Positions 54,202 through 62,551 of a stretch of DNA of 64,000 nucleotides are shown in pieces (position 1 is the stretch's first letter; each line of letters opens with the position of its first letter). Origin of the DNA: Lachnospiraceae bacterium (GTDB taxonomy: Bacteria > Bacillota > Clostridia > Lachnospirales > Lachnospiraceae); contig JAZLGZ010000088.1 in the NCBI GenBank assembly GCA_045616585.1, positions 11,161 through 75,160 of the forward strand, written 5' to 3'. The notes under the pieces were generated by a model that saw only the letters and a program-made list of their open reading frames with translations, did no database searches and was not told the DNA's origin. A program made the translations under genes and the position numbers.

Positions 54202-55290
54202 ATGGCAGATATTACAGCTAGCATGGTAAAAGAGTTAAGAGAAATGACCGGTGCCGGAATGATGGATTGTAAGAAGGCACTTACAGAGACAAACGGTGAT
54301 ATTGAAGCAGCGGTTGACGTTCTTAAGAAGTCAGGTCTTGCTAAGATGGAGAAGAAGGCAAGCAGAATTGCAGCAGAGGGAATTGCAAGAGTAGCTACCA
54401 ACGGAACAACAGCAGTTGTTGTAGAGGTTAACTCAGAGACAGACTTCGTTGCAAAGAACGCTATTTTCCAGGAGTTTGTACAGGCAGTTGCTGATAAGGC
54501 GCTTACAGTTGATGTTGAGAAGGCAGGCGACGGCGAGGATGTTACTTCTATCCTTGATATGAAGGATGTAGTTGCAGAGAAGACACTTACAATCGGTGAG
54601 AAGCTTTCAATCAGAAGATTTGCCAAGGTTTCAGGTGATTGTGTTGCATCATATATTCATGGCGGCGGAAGAATCCGTGTTCTTGTTGCAGGAACAGGCG
54701 CAGCTGATGATGCTGTTGCAGAGGCACTTACAAACATCGCAATGCAGGTTGCAGCTATGAACCCTCAGTACATCAGCAGAAACGATATTTCAGCTGATGA
54801 GCTTGCAAAGATTAAGGATATCACAATCGAGAGCTCATTAAATGATGCATTCTCACTTCCCAGACCTATTTTCCAGAAGCTTGTTGATAAGGCAATCGCT
54901 GAGAAGGTATGGAATGATGACGCTATCGCAATCTACGAGGAGAAGAAGGCTGATAAGACATTCAACATGACTTACCTTCCCAACTTCATTCCCGATGAGG
55001 CAAAGGCTGCTCTCGGACAGCTTGCATTAGCTGATAAGGCTAACATTTCTGCAGACAAGATGTTCTCAGGAGCTGTTGAGGGACGTGTTTCAAAGCAGCT
55101 TAAGGAAATCTGCCTTCTTGACCAGGTCTATGTTAAGGCTGAGGATGGAAAGCAGACAGTTGCAGCTTACCTTGCATCAGTAAACAAGTCTCTTGTTATC
55201 TCAAACGTTGTTCGTTTCGAGGTTGGTGAGGGTCTTGAGAAGAAGAACGAAGACTTCGCTGCAGAAGTTGCAAAGCAGATGGGTCAGTAA
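54202..55290 (+). CDS. tsf: Elongation factor Ts (unusually long, 362 aa).
   Basis: UBA-like N-terminus VKELREMTGAGMMDCKKAL, VNSETDFVAKN and LKEICLLDQ blocks. AGGAGG RBS. Confidence 0.95.
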   Translation: MADITASMVKELREMTGAGMMDCKKALTETNGDIEAAVDVLKKSGLAKMEKKASRIAAEGIARVATNGTTAVVVEVNSETDFVAKNAIFQEFVQAVADKALTVDVEKAGDGEDVTSILDMKDVVAEKTLTIGEKLSIRRFAKVSGDCVASYIHGGGRIRVLVAGTGAADDAVAEALTNIAMQVAAMNPQYISRNDISADELAKIKDITIESSLNDAFSLPRPIFQKLVDKAIAEKVWNDDAIAIYEEKKADKTFNMTYLPNFIPDEAKAALGQLALADKANISADKMFSGAVEGRVSKQLKEICLLDQVYVKAEDGKQTVAAYLASVNKSLVISNVVRFEVGEGLEKKNEDFAAEVAKQMGQ

Positions 55291-55321
55291 TTCTTTAAAA
55301 TCAGACTGAATATGTTTTTTT

Positions 55322-55353
55322 ACCTCCGGGTCATTTGTGGCTCGGAGGTTTTG
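55322..55353 (+). terminator. Rho-independent terminator after tsf.
   Basis: 11-bp stem ACCTCCGGGTC / GGCTCGGAGGT (two G-U pairs) flanked by T-runs. Confidence 0.75.
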
Positions 55354-55428
55354 TATAGGCGGTACGGTTTTGCTTGCAAAACCGGATGAAGTCACGATGA
55401 ACCAACGTGACTGAAGAGGAGAATATGT

Positions 55429-56028
55429 ATGATTTACGATATCACACAGCCATTGTTTGAATGCACAGTATTTCCGGGGGATCCCAGGCCTGAGAAGAGA
55501 ACGGTTATGAGCATTGCGAACGGGGATATTTGCAATTTGACCGCTTTTTCAATGTGTGCGCATAATGGTACGCATGTAGATGCACCGTTCCATTTCATAA
55601 ACGAAGGTAAGGCTATCGATAAGGTTGCACTCGAAAAGTTTATCGGGCCTGCTTATGTTGCGGATCATGCGGGTAATGTAACCGCAAAGGATGCGGCAGA
55701 CATACTTAACAGGGCAAAGAGTGCATATGATGGGGCAGAGAAGAAGCTGCTTATCAAAGGGAAATCTACCGTTACTTTTGAAGCAGCCGAAGTCTTTGCG
55801 GAAGCAGGAATCGATTTGGTAGGAAATGAATCGCAGACAGTAGGACCGGAAGATTCACCTAAGGAAGTACATCTGGTTTTACTTGGCGCCGAAGTTGTAT
55901 TACTCGAAGGCATCAGGCTTAATGAGGTCCCCGAAGGCGCATATATGCTCAATTGCGCACCGTTAAATCTTTCTAATACCGACGGAGCACCCTGCAGGGC
56001 AACTCTCATGGATATTAGCAATTATTAA
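55429..56028 (+). CDS. Cyclase-family protein (arylformamidase/kynurenine formamidase-like).
   Basis: HNGTHVDAPFH matches the HxGTHxDxPxH metal-binding motif of the putative-cyclase family. Confidence 0.8.
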   Translation: MIYDITQPLFECTVFPGDPRPEKRTVMSIANGDICNLTAFSMCAHNGTHVDAPFHFINEGKAIDKVALEKFIGPAYVADHAGNVTAKDAADILNRAKSAYDGAEKKLLIKGKSTVTFEAAEVFAEAGIDLVGNESQTVGPEDSPKEVHLVLLGAEVVLLEGIRLNEVPEGAYMLNCAPLNLSNTDGAPCRATLMDISNY

Positions 56029-56051
56029 CTATATGTAAATCAAAGAAAAAA

Positions 56052-56060
56052 TGGTATAAT
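56052..56060 (+). promoter_or_regulatory. Extended -10 promoter element TGgTATAAT.
   Basis: Exact TGnTATAAT, 72 nt upstream of ATG 56133. Confidence 0.4.
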
Positions 56061-56132
56061 CAATATATTACTCATTTGGCTTGTTTGGATGTGTTTGACA
56101 TAAACAGCTTAGTGATTTTTTGGGGAGGAACA

Positions 56133-57080
56133 ATGAAAAAGATTGTCGGAATTGTATTTACATCACTTGCTGCGGTGGCAATAGCGATTGCGGGAATTTG
56201 CTCGGGATTTGAGCTTACTCCCTTGCAGTCGGAAACATTGAAAACAGTTTCAATAATTGCGGGAATTGCCGCTGCATATTGCTTCATAGTAGGTGAAATA
56301 TCAAGAAATAATTCTCAGATGGATAAAATATGGAGTATTACTCCCGAGATATATCTGTGGGTAATAGCTGCCAAGGGCGGCTTTGATTTGCGCCTCGTTA
56401 CTATGGCAATACTTGCCACGATTTGGGGAATCAGACTTACAATCAACTTTGGAAGAAAGGGAGCTTATTCAATCAAATTCTGGTCGGGAGAAGAAGACTA
56501 CAGATGGGTAGTTCTTCGAAATAAAAAGATACTCTCGAATAAATATGTATGGGCTCTGTTTGATTTATTTTTTATTTCGATATATCAGAATTTTGCAGTG
56601 CTTGCTATTACATTCCCTGCAATTGTTTCGATGGAGTCAAAAGAGCCTTTCGGCTTCATTGATATTATTGCGCTTGTGCTTACTCTCGGATTTATTGTTC
56701 TTGAGACTGTCGCCGATGAGCAGCAGTGGAGATTTCATTCCGAAAAGAAACGTCTTATGGCGGGGGGAAAGAAGCTTGAGGAGATTCCGTTCCCTTACAG
56801 CAGAGGTTTTAATACGACCGGATTATGGTCTTGCGCACGCCATCCGAATTATTTGGGAGAACAGTGTATCTGGATTTCTCTTTATATTTTCTCGATAGGT
56901 GCAGGTGTGATCGGGAAGTATTTCTTCAACTGGACTGTAGCAGGAGCTATGCTTCTTGTACTTTTGTTCCAGGGCAGTTCCGTATTCGGCGAGGCGGTAT
57001 CTTCGTCGAAGTACAAGGAGTATCCTGATTATTGCAGAAAAATTTCTAAGTTTATTCCGGTACCCTGGAAGAAGTATTAA
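56133..57080 (+). CDS. DUF1295 / steroid-5-alpha-reductase-like polytopic membrane protein.
   Basis: Multiple TM helices. CARHPNYLGEQCIW matches the RHPNYxGE motif of the DUF1295/ICMT-like superfamily. ATG 56133 follows GGGGAGG. Confidence 0.72.
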   Translation: MKKIVGIVFTSLAAVAIAIAGICSGFELTPLQSETLKTVSIIAGIAAAYCFIVGEISRNNSQMDKIWSITPEIYLWVIAAKGGFDLRLVTMAILATIWGIRLTINFGRKGAYSIKFWSGEEDYRWVVLRNKKILSNKYVWALFDLFFISIYQNFAVLAITFPAIVSMESKEPFGFIDIIALVLTLGFIVLETVADEQQWRFHSEKKRLMAGGKKLEEIPFPYSRGFNTTGLWSCARHPNYLGEQCIWISLYIFSIGAGVIGKYFFNWTVAGAMLLVLLFQGSSVFGEAVSSSKYKEYPDYCRKISKFIPVPWKKY

Positions 57081-57118
57081 GCTTTTCGGACATTAAAGAT
57101 TGAAAACGGAGTTTGGCT

Positions 57119-58168
57119 ATGAAACTGATAAAAACGGAAGAAGCGGTCGGACACGTTCTGTGTCATGACATTACGCAGATTATCAAAGGTGTTACAAAGG
57201 ATGCCGCATTCAGAAAAGGACATATAGTAACGTCTGAAGATATTCCTGTTTTGCTCAGTCTCGGCAAGGACAACCTCTATGTTTGGGAGAATGATGAGTC
57301 CATGCTCCATGAGAATGAGGCAGCCGGGATTCTTTGTGAATTATGTGCCAATGCTTATATGAGGAAGGGCGAAGTAAAAGAAGGCAAAATAGAATTATTC
57401 GCGGAATGTGACGGATTGCTGAAGGTGAACTCATCCGGTCTTAAAACAATCAATTCCTTCGGGGAAATGATGATTGCTGCAAGACACGGCAATTTCCCGG
57501 TAAGGAAAAACGATAAGCTTGCAGGTACCAGAATTATTCCTTTGGTTATAAAGAAAGACAAAATGGAAGCTGCCAAAGCAGCATGTCTTGAAGCCTGCGG
57601 CGGTAATCCGATTCTTGAATTAAAACCGTTTAAGCCGAAAAAGGTCGGCATAATCACAACCGGCAGCGAAGTGTTTTACGGACGAATCGAAGATACTTTT
57701 ACACCTGTTGTTGCCGAAAAGTTTGCAGAGTATGACTGTACGGTCGCGGCACACTCGACATTTGCGGATGACGATAAGAGTGTAACCGACTGCATACTTA
57801 AAATGATAGAGGACGGGTGTGAAATCATATGCTGTACGGGTGGCATGAGTGTGGATCCCGATGATAAGACACCTCTTGCGATAAAGAATACAGAAGCGGA
57901 TATAGTAACCTACGGAGCACCGGTTCTTCCGGGTGCCATGTTTATGCTGGCATATGTTAACAGACAGGATGGCAGCAGGATTCCCGTAATGGGGCTCCCC
58001 GGATGTGTTATGTACGCAAAAAGAACGATATTCGATCTTGTTCTTCCGAGAATTGTTGCAGAGGATGAAATTACGGCAGATGAGTTAGCTGCACTTGGAG
58101 AAGGCGGACTTTGCTTGAATTGTCCGGAGTGTACCTTCCCCAACTGCGGATTCGGTAAAGGACACTGA
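57119..58168 (+). CDS. MoeA-like molybdopterin-binding protein (short form with a Cys-rich C-terminus).
   Basis: MoeA-N-like start (EEAVGHVLCHDI), an MoCF_biosynth domain (VGIITTGSEV...CCTGGMSVDPDD) and a C-terminal CLNCPECTFPNCGFG. Confidence 0.7.
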   Translation: MKLIKTEEAVGHVLCHDITQIIKGVTKDAAFRKGHIVTSEDIPVLLSLGKDNLYVWENDESMLHENEAAGILCELCANAYMRKGEVKEGKIELFAECDGLLKVNSSGLKTINSFGEMMIAARHGNFPVRKNDKLAGTRIIPLVIKKDKMEAAKAACLEACGGNPILELKPFKPKKVGIITTGSEVFYGRIEDTFTPVVAEKFAEYDCTVAAHSTFADDDKSVTDCILKMIEDGCEIICCTGGMSVDPDDKTPLAIKNTEADIVTYGAPVLPGAMFMLAYVNRQDGSRIPVMGLPGCVMYAKRTIFDLVLPRIVAEDEITADELAALGEGGLCLNCPECTFPNCGFGKGH

Positions 58169-58169
58169 T

Positions 58170-58640
58170 ATGGATTTTACACATTTTGATAATGACGGTA
58201 ATGCTATAATGGTTGACATAAGCGGCAAAGACATTACCGAGAGAACCGCAGCTGCGGTTGGGTCTGTGACTATGAGCCGCGAGTGCTATGAGAAAATTAA
58301 AGCAAATGATGTTGAAAAAGGCGATGTCCTTTCTGTTGCCAGAATTGCGGGAATTATGGGTGCCAAGCGTTGCAGTGAACTGATTCCTCTTTGCCATAAT
58401 ATACCGCTTTCAAAACTCAGCGTTGACTTCGAGACGGTGGATGATGAATGCAGAATCATTGTGAAGTGTACGGCAAAGACAATCGGAAAAACCGGAGTTG
58501 AGATGGAAGCTCTTACCGGAGTGAATGTTGCACTTCTTACGATATATGACATGTGTAAAGCGGTCGACAAGCGCATGGTAATGGGAGATATCCATCTTCT
58601 TGATAAGGATGGCGGAAAGTCAGGTTCTTTTATTTATTAA
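58170..58640 (+). CDS. moaC: Cyclic pyranopterin monophosphate synthase MoaC.
   Basis: 156 aa with MVDISGKDITERTA, LIPLCHNIPL and GVEMEALTGV blocks. Confidence 0.93.
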   Translation: MDFTHFDNDGNAIMVDISGKDITERTAAAVGSVTMSRECYEKIKANDVEKGDVLSVARIAGIMGAKRCSELIPLCHNIPLSKLSVDFETVDDECRIIVKCTAKTIGKTGVEMEALTGVNVALLTIYDMCKAVDKRMVMGDIHLLDKDGGKSGSFIY

Positions 58641-58660
58641 CAAACTTGCAGAGGTGGGCT

Positions 58661-59677
58661 ATGACAGACAGATACGGCCGGAATATCGATTATCTGAGGA
58701 TATCCATTACCGACAGATGTAATCTTCGCTGCAAATACTGTATGCCCGAAGAGCCTGCCAAAAGATTGCCGGGGAACGAACTTGAGACCTGGCAGTTTCT
58801 TGAGGTGGTGAAAGCCGCAGCCTCTGCAGGGATTGCCAAGGTTAGGATTACCGGCGGTGAGCCGCTTGTACGTGACGACTGTATAGATATCCTTGACAGA
58901 ATAAAGAGGATTGACGGCATACAAAGCACGGGCATTACAACCAACGGCACGCTTCTTGCCGGAAAGCTTGATGAACTGGAAAAGGCAGATACAGATGAAA
59001 TAAATGTCAGTCTCGATACGATGGATGCGGATAAGTACCGTACTATTACCGGAAGAGACTGCTTCGATGAGGTACTTGAAGGAATTGTATCGGCCTCAGA
59101 AAGGGGCATAAAAACCAAAATCAATACCGTAGTATTCGATGATGATTCCCAAACGGCCGAATTGGCTGCGAACGGCATACTTACTGAAGACTTCAGAAGC
59201 CTTATTCTTCTGACGAAGAACCTGCCGCTTGATGTACGTTTTATAGAGGCTATGCCGATTGGATGCGGGAAAAACTGCCGAACTGTATCAAATGCAGATT
59301 TGTTAAAGGCAATCGAAAATGAATTCGGAACGCTTATTCCGGATAAAACGAACCATGGGTTTGGGCCGGCAGTGTATTTTAGACCGTCGGGTTTTAAAGG
59401 AAGTATCGGGTTGATTAGCGCAATCAGCTCGGGCTTCTGTAATCAATGCAGCAGGGTGAGACTTACTTCACGAGGTTTTTTAAAGGCGTGTCTTTGTTAT
59501 GATGACGGAGAGGATTTATCAAAATATCTGACCTGCGCGGGAACTGTGAGTGATGCTGTTAGACATGAACTGAAAATGGCAGTGGAGAGGGTTATTTATA
59601 ATAAACCCGCAAAGCACTGCTTTTGGGAACCGGATAAAATTACCGAAGCCGGAAATATGTTTTCGATAGGCGGATAA
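58661..59677 (+). CDS. moaA: GTP 3',8-cyclase MoaA (radical SAM).
   Basis: YLRISITDRCNLRCKYCMP radical-SAM cluster motif, a C-terminal second cluster (CNQCSRVRLTSRGFLKAC) and a terminal GG. Confidence 0.93.
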   Translation: MTDRYGRNIDYLRISITDRCNLRCKYCMPEEPAKRLPGNELETWQFLEVVKAAASAGIAKVRITGGEPLVRDDCIDILDRIKRIDGIQSTGITTNGTLLAGKLDELEKADTDEINVSLDTMDADKYRTITGRDCFDEVLEGIVSASERGIKTKINTVVFDDDSQTAELAANGILTEDFRSLILLTKNLPLDVRFIEAMPIGCGKNCRTVSNADLLKAIENEFGTLIPDKTNHGFGPAVYFRPSGFKGSIGLISAISSGFCNQCSRVRLTSRGFLKACLCYDDGEDLSKYLTCAGTVSDAVRHELKMAVERVIYNKPAKHCFWEPDKITEAGNMFSIGG

Positions 59678-59691
59678 ACGGTGTTGCGGAC

Positions 59692-60648
59692 ATGGAGAAT
59701 AATTGTGTTATGCAGGGTGTTGTAAAAGCTGTATGCATCAGCGAGAAACGGGGGACTCAAAAGATTAATGTACATGCCGGCCATTTCATAGCGGGTTTTG
59801 GAATAGAAGGCGATGCACACGCGGGAAAGTGGCATCGTCAGGTGAGTCTGTTAAGCAGTGAGAAGATTGAAGAATTCAACAAAAAGGGTGCGAATGTTGC
59901 CGACGGAGCGTTCGGAGAGAATCTTGTCGTAGCCGGGATAGATTTTGCGAGTCTGCCGGTTGGGTCTTTGTTGAAGGCAGGAACGGTGGTTATGAAGATG
60001 ACCCAAATAGGCAAGGAATGCCATAATCATTGTGCAATATATCATAGAGTCGGAGAGTGTATCATGCCGCATGAAGGTGTCTTTGCGGAGGTCCTTAAAG
60101 AAGGAATGATTGCCGAAGGGGATATTATGACGGTTGAACTTCCCGATATCGACAGGCCGTTTACAGCTGCGGTAATTACTCTGAGCGATAAAGGCGCAGC
60201 CGGAGAACGAATCGATGAAAGCGGTCCGTTGGCTGCAAAGATACTCATGAATAACGGTTACGAAGTTGTGGAAACAATTCTTCTTCCCGATGATGAAGAG
60301 GAACTTAAAAGCCGGCTTATACGGCTTTGCGACGGCCGAAGTGTTGATCTGATAATTACTAGCGGAGGAACCGGTTTTTCGTTGAGGGACAGAACTCCCG
60401 AGGCTACTTTGGCGGTTATGGACAGAAATGCACCGGGAATTGCCGAGTATATCAGAATGAAATCCTCACAGATTACAGACCGTGCGATGCTTTCCAGGGG
60501 AGTATCGGTTATCAGGGGAAAAAGTCTGATAATCAATCTGCCGGGGAGCCCCAAAGCAGTGGAGGAAAGTCTTGGGTTTATCATGAACGGATTGGAACAC
60601 GGTCTTAAAATATTAAGAGGTTCAGCTGCGGAATGTGCAAGAAAATGA
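59692..60648 (+). CDS. MOSC domain fused to a Mog/MoaB-type molybdopterin adenylyltransferase domain.
   Basis: N-terminal half is MOSC-like (GENLVVAGIDF...MTQIGKECHNHC). C-terminal half is Mog-like (ITLSDKGAAGER, TSGGTGFSLRDRTPEAT, INLPGSPKA). The start could instead be ATG 59710. Confidence 0.8.
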   Translation: MENNCVMQGVVKAVCISEKRGTQKINVHAGHFIAGFGIEGDAHAGKWHRQVSLLSSEKIEEFNKKGANVADGAFGENLVVAGIDFASLPVGSLLKAGTVVMKMTQIGKECHNHCAIYHRVGECIMPHEGVFAEVLKEGMIAEGDIMTVELPDIDRPFTAAVITLSDKGAAGERIDESGPLAAKILMNNGYEVVETILLPDDEEELKSRLIRLCDGRSVDLIITSGGTGFSLRDRTPEATLAVMDRNAPGIAEYIRMKSSQITDRAMLSRGVSVIRGKSLIINLPGSPKAVEESLGFIMNGLEHGLKILRGSAAECARK

Positions 60649-60664
60649 GAGGAGTGGAAGGATT

Positions 60665-62545
60665 ATGACTGTTATTGACTTAATCGGCAATAATTTTGCT
60701 TCTTTTTTCTGCGTTACAATCTTGTTGTTGTTTATAATCATAAATAAGCGAGTTGAGACTAAAATCAGAATCGGTTTTCTGGTTCTCGGGCTGCTGATTA
60801 TTGCCGAAACACTCAGAACCGCATTTGAGGTCGAAACAGGTATTGCTGCGGATAAAAACGGACGGTATGTGCTTTTGTACGGTATCGGCTGTATCCTGCG
60901 TCCGTTTATGCTTTATATTCTTGTGCTTATCATGGTTCGTAAGCATAGGAAGTTTACAAAGCTCTTGCTTGGAATACCGCTTGCTGTTGCCGTCGTTATG
61001 GTGGCATTGGCCAATACTTCGGAACTTGTATTTTTCTACAGCGAAGGAACTATAGTATACGGTCCGCTTTATGTGGTTTTGAAGTTATGTATTGCGGCAT
61101 ATCTGATTATATCGATTGCTGTCGGAATCTCCACTTATCGGGAAGGAACACATGAATATATAATCGTTCTGACCTGTGCGGCATTTATCGCGGCCAATCT
61201 GGTAAACGAGGCTTTTTTCGATTTGAAGTATGATATTCGAAATGAGGCAATCGCAATATCCGCGCTTTCTTATTTTATGTATTTCTGCTCCCTGCACTAT
61301 CACAAGGAGATAAAAGCACTTGATGTGAATTATCATGAAAACGAAGAGAAAATCACTGCACTCATGATTGATCAATCCATCGAAACTTTGGCTTATACGA
61401 TTGATGCAAAGGATCGATATACCAGAGGACATTCGATAAGGGTTGCGAAGTATTCCAGAATGATTGCCGAAAGATGCGGCAAACCCGAGGAAATGTGCCG
61501 TCAGGTATATCTTGCGGGACTGCTGCACGATATCGGTAAAATTGCGATTCCGGAGGAGATTATTCACAAGTCTGGAAAGCTTACAAAAGAAGAGTTTGAT
61601 GAGATTAAAACGCATCCGGAAAAGGGAGCGAAGATTCTTGAGAAAATGAAAAGCCTTCCGTACCTGCAGGTGGGAGCGCTTCATCATCATGAGCGCTACG
61701 ACGGAACAGGCTATCCTTCGGGACTAAAGGGTGAGGAGATACCCGAAATTGCGAGAATCATAGCGGTTGCGGATGCATATGATGCGATGTCGTCGCATCG
61801 AAGCTACAGACGCGCACTTGACCAGAGCGTTATTCGTCAGGAAATCTGGAAGGGGGCAGGATATCAGTTTGATATTCGTTTCTCGAAAGCCATGATTTCC
61901 ATTATCGATTCGGATATCCGTTATGAACTCAGGGAAATAGATTCATCCGATGATGACTATATTTTCGGCGAAACCGAGGAAGAAGAGAAATTCGGTGAAC
62001 CTGTGAAAATGGCAATGGAAAGCAACAGCATACTGAACGAGGAATTCAGATATTTCGGAGAGCTTGCATTGCATGCGGCTACCTGGTGTGAACCTTCGCA
62101 ATCTGTTGCCGTATCGGATAAAAAATGTACCTTCGAATTCGAAGCGATGACAAATGCCGAGGCGAATCGAATTTGGCATGTACCTTCACTGATTGTATTC
62201 AGTTCGAATGACGGAAAGGTTGCAGGACGGAATTACAGTGAAATGGCGGTTGTGAAATTTACCGGCTACAGCTGGGGTGCTGAGAATGTCAAGCGAAACA
62301 GAACAACCTTTTTTAGGAAGGATGCCTTTGAGAATTGGGACCGGTGGTTGGCAGCTAACAAAGCCGGCATGAAATATACCGTTTCGTGCGTACGTAAGGA
62401 TAAAGAGGTTTCCGTTACAGTCGACAGCGAATATTATCATATCGATACTCATATTACTCTTGCAGACTCTTTCGACAGAACCGTTTATCTTGCAACTACG
62501 GGTGAACTCTGTGTTATTGATGTTATTCACACAATTGAATCATAA
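60665..62545 (+). CDS. Membrane-bound HD-GYP domain protein (putative c-di-GMP phosphodiesterase) with an unassigned C-terminal domain.
   Basis: About 6 N-terminal TM helices. HD-GYP core with LLHDIGKIAIP (nt about 61526) and HHERYDGTGYP (about 61709). The last 170 or so aa match no family I recognise. ATG 60665 follows GGAAGGA. Confidence 0.85.
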   Translation: MTVIDLIGNNFASFFCVTILLLFIIINKRVETKIRIGFLVLGLLIIAETLRTAFEVETGIAADKNGRYVLLYGIGCILRPFMLYILVLIMVRKHRKFTKLLLGIPLAVAVVMVALANTSELVFFYSEGTIVYGPLYVVLKLCIAAYLIISIAVGISTYREGTHEYIIVLTCAAFIAANLVNEAFFDLKYDIRNEAIAISALSYFMYFCSLHYHKEIKALDVNYHENEEKITALMIDQSIETLAYTIDAKDRYTRGHSIRVAKYSRMIAERCGKPEEMCRQVYLAGLLHDIGKIAIPEEIIHKSGKLTKEEFDEIKTHPEKGAKILEKMKSLPYLQVGALHHHERYDGTGYPSGLKGEEIPEIARIIAVADAYDAMSSHRSYRRALDQSVIRQEIWKGAGYQFDIRFSKAMISIIDSDIRYELREIDSSDDDYIFGETEEEEKFGEPVKMAMESNSILNEEFRYFGELALHAATWCEPSQSVAVSDKKCTFEFEAMTNAEANRIWHVPSLIVFSSNDGKVAGRNYSEMAVVKFTGYSWGAENVKRNRTTFFRKDAFENWDRWLAANKAGMKYTVSCVRKDKEVSVTVDSEYYHIDTHITLADSFDRTVYLATTGELCVIDVIHTIES

Positions 62546-62551
62546 AAAGGT

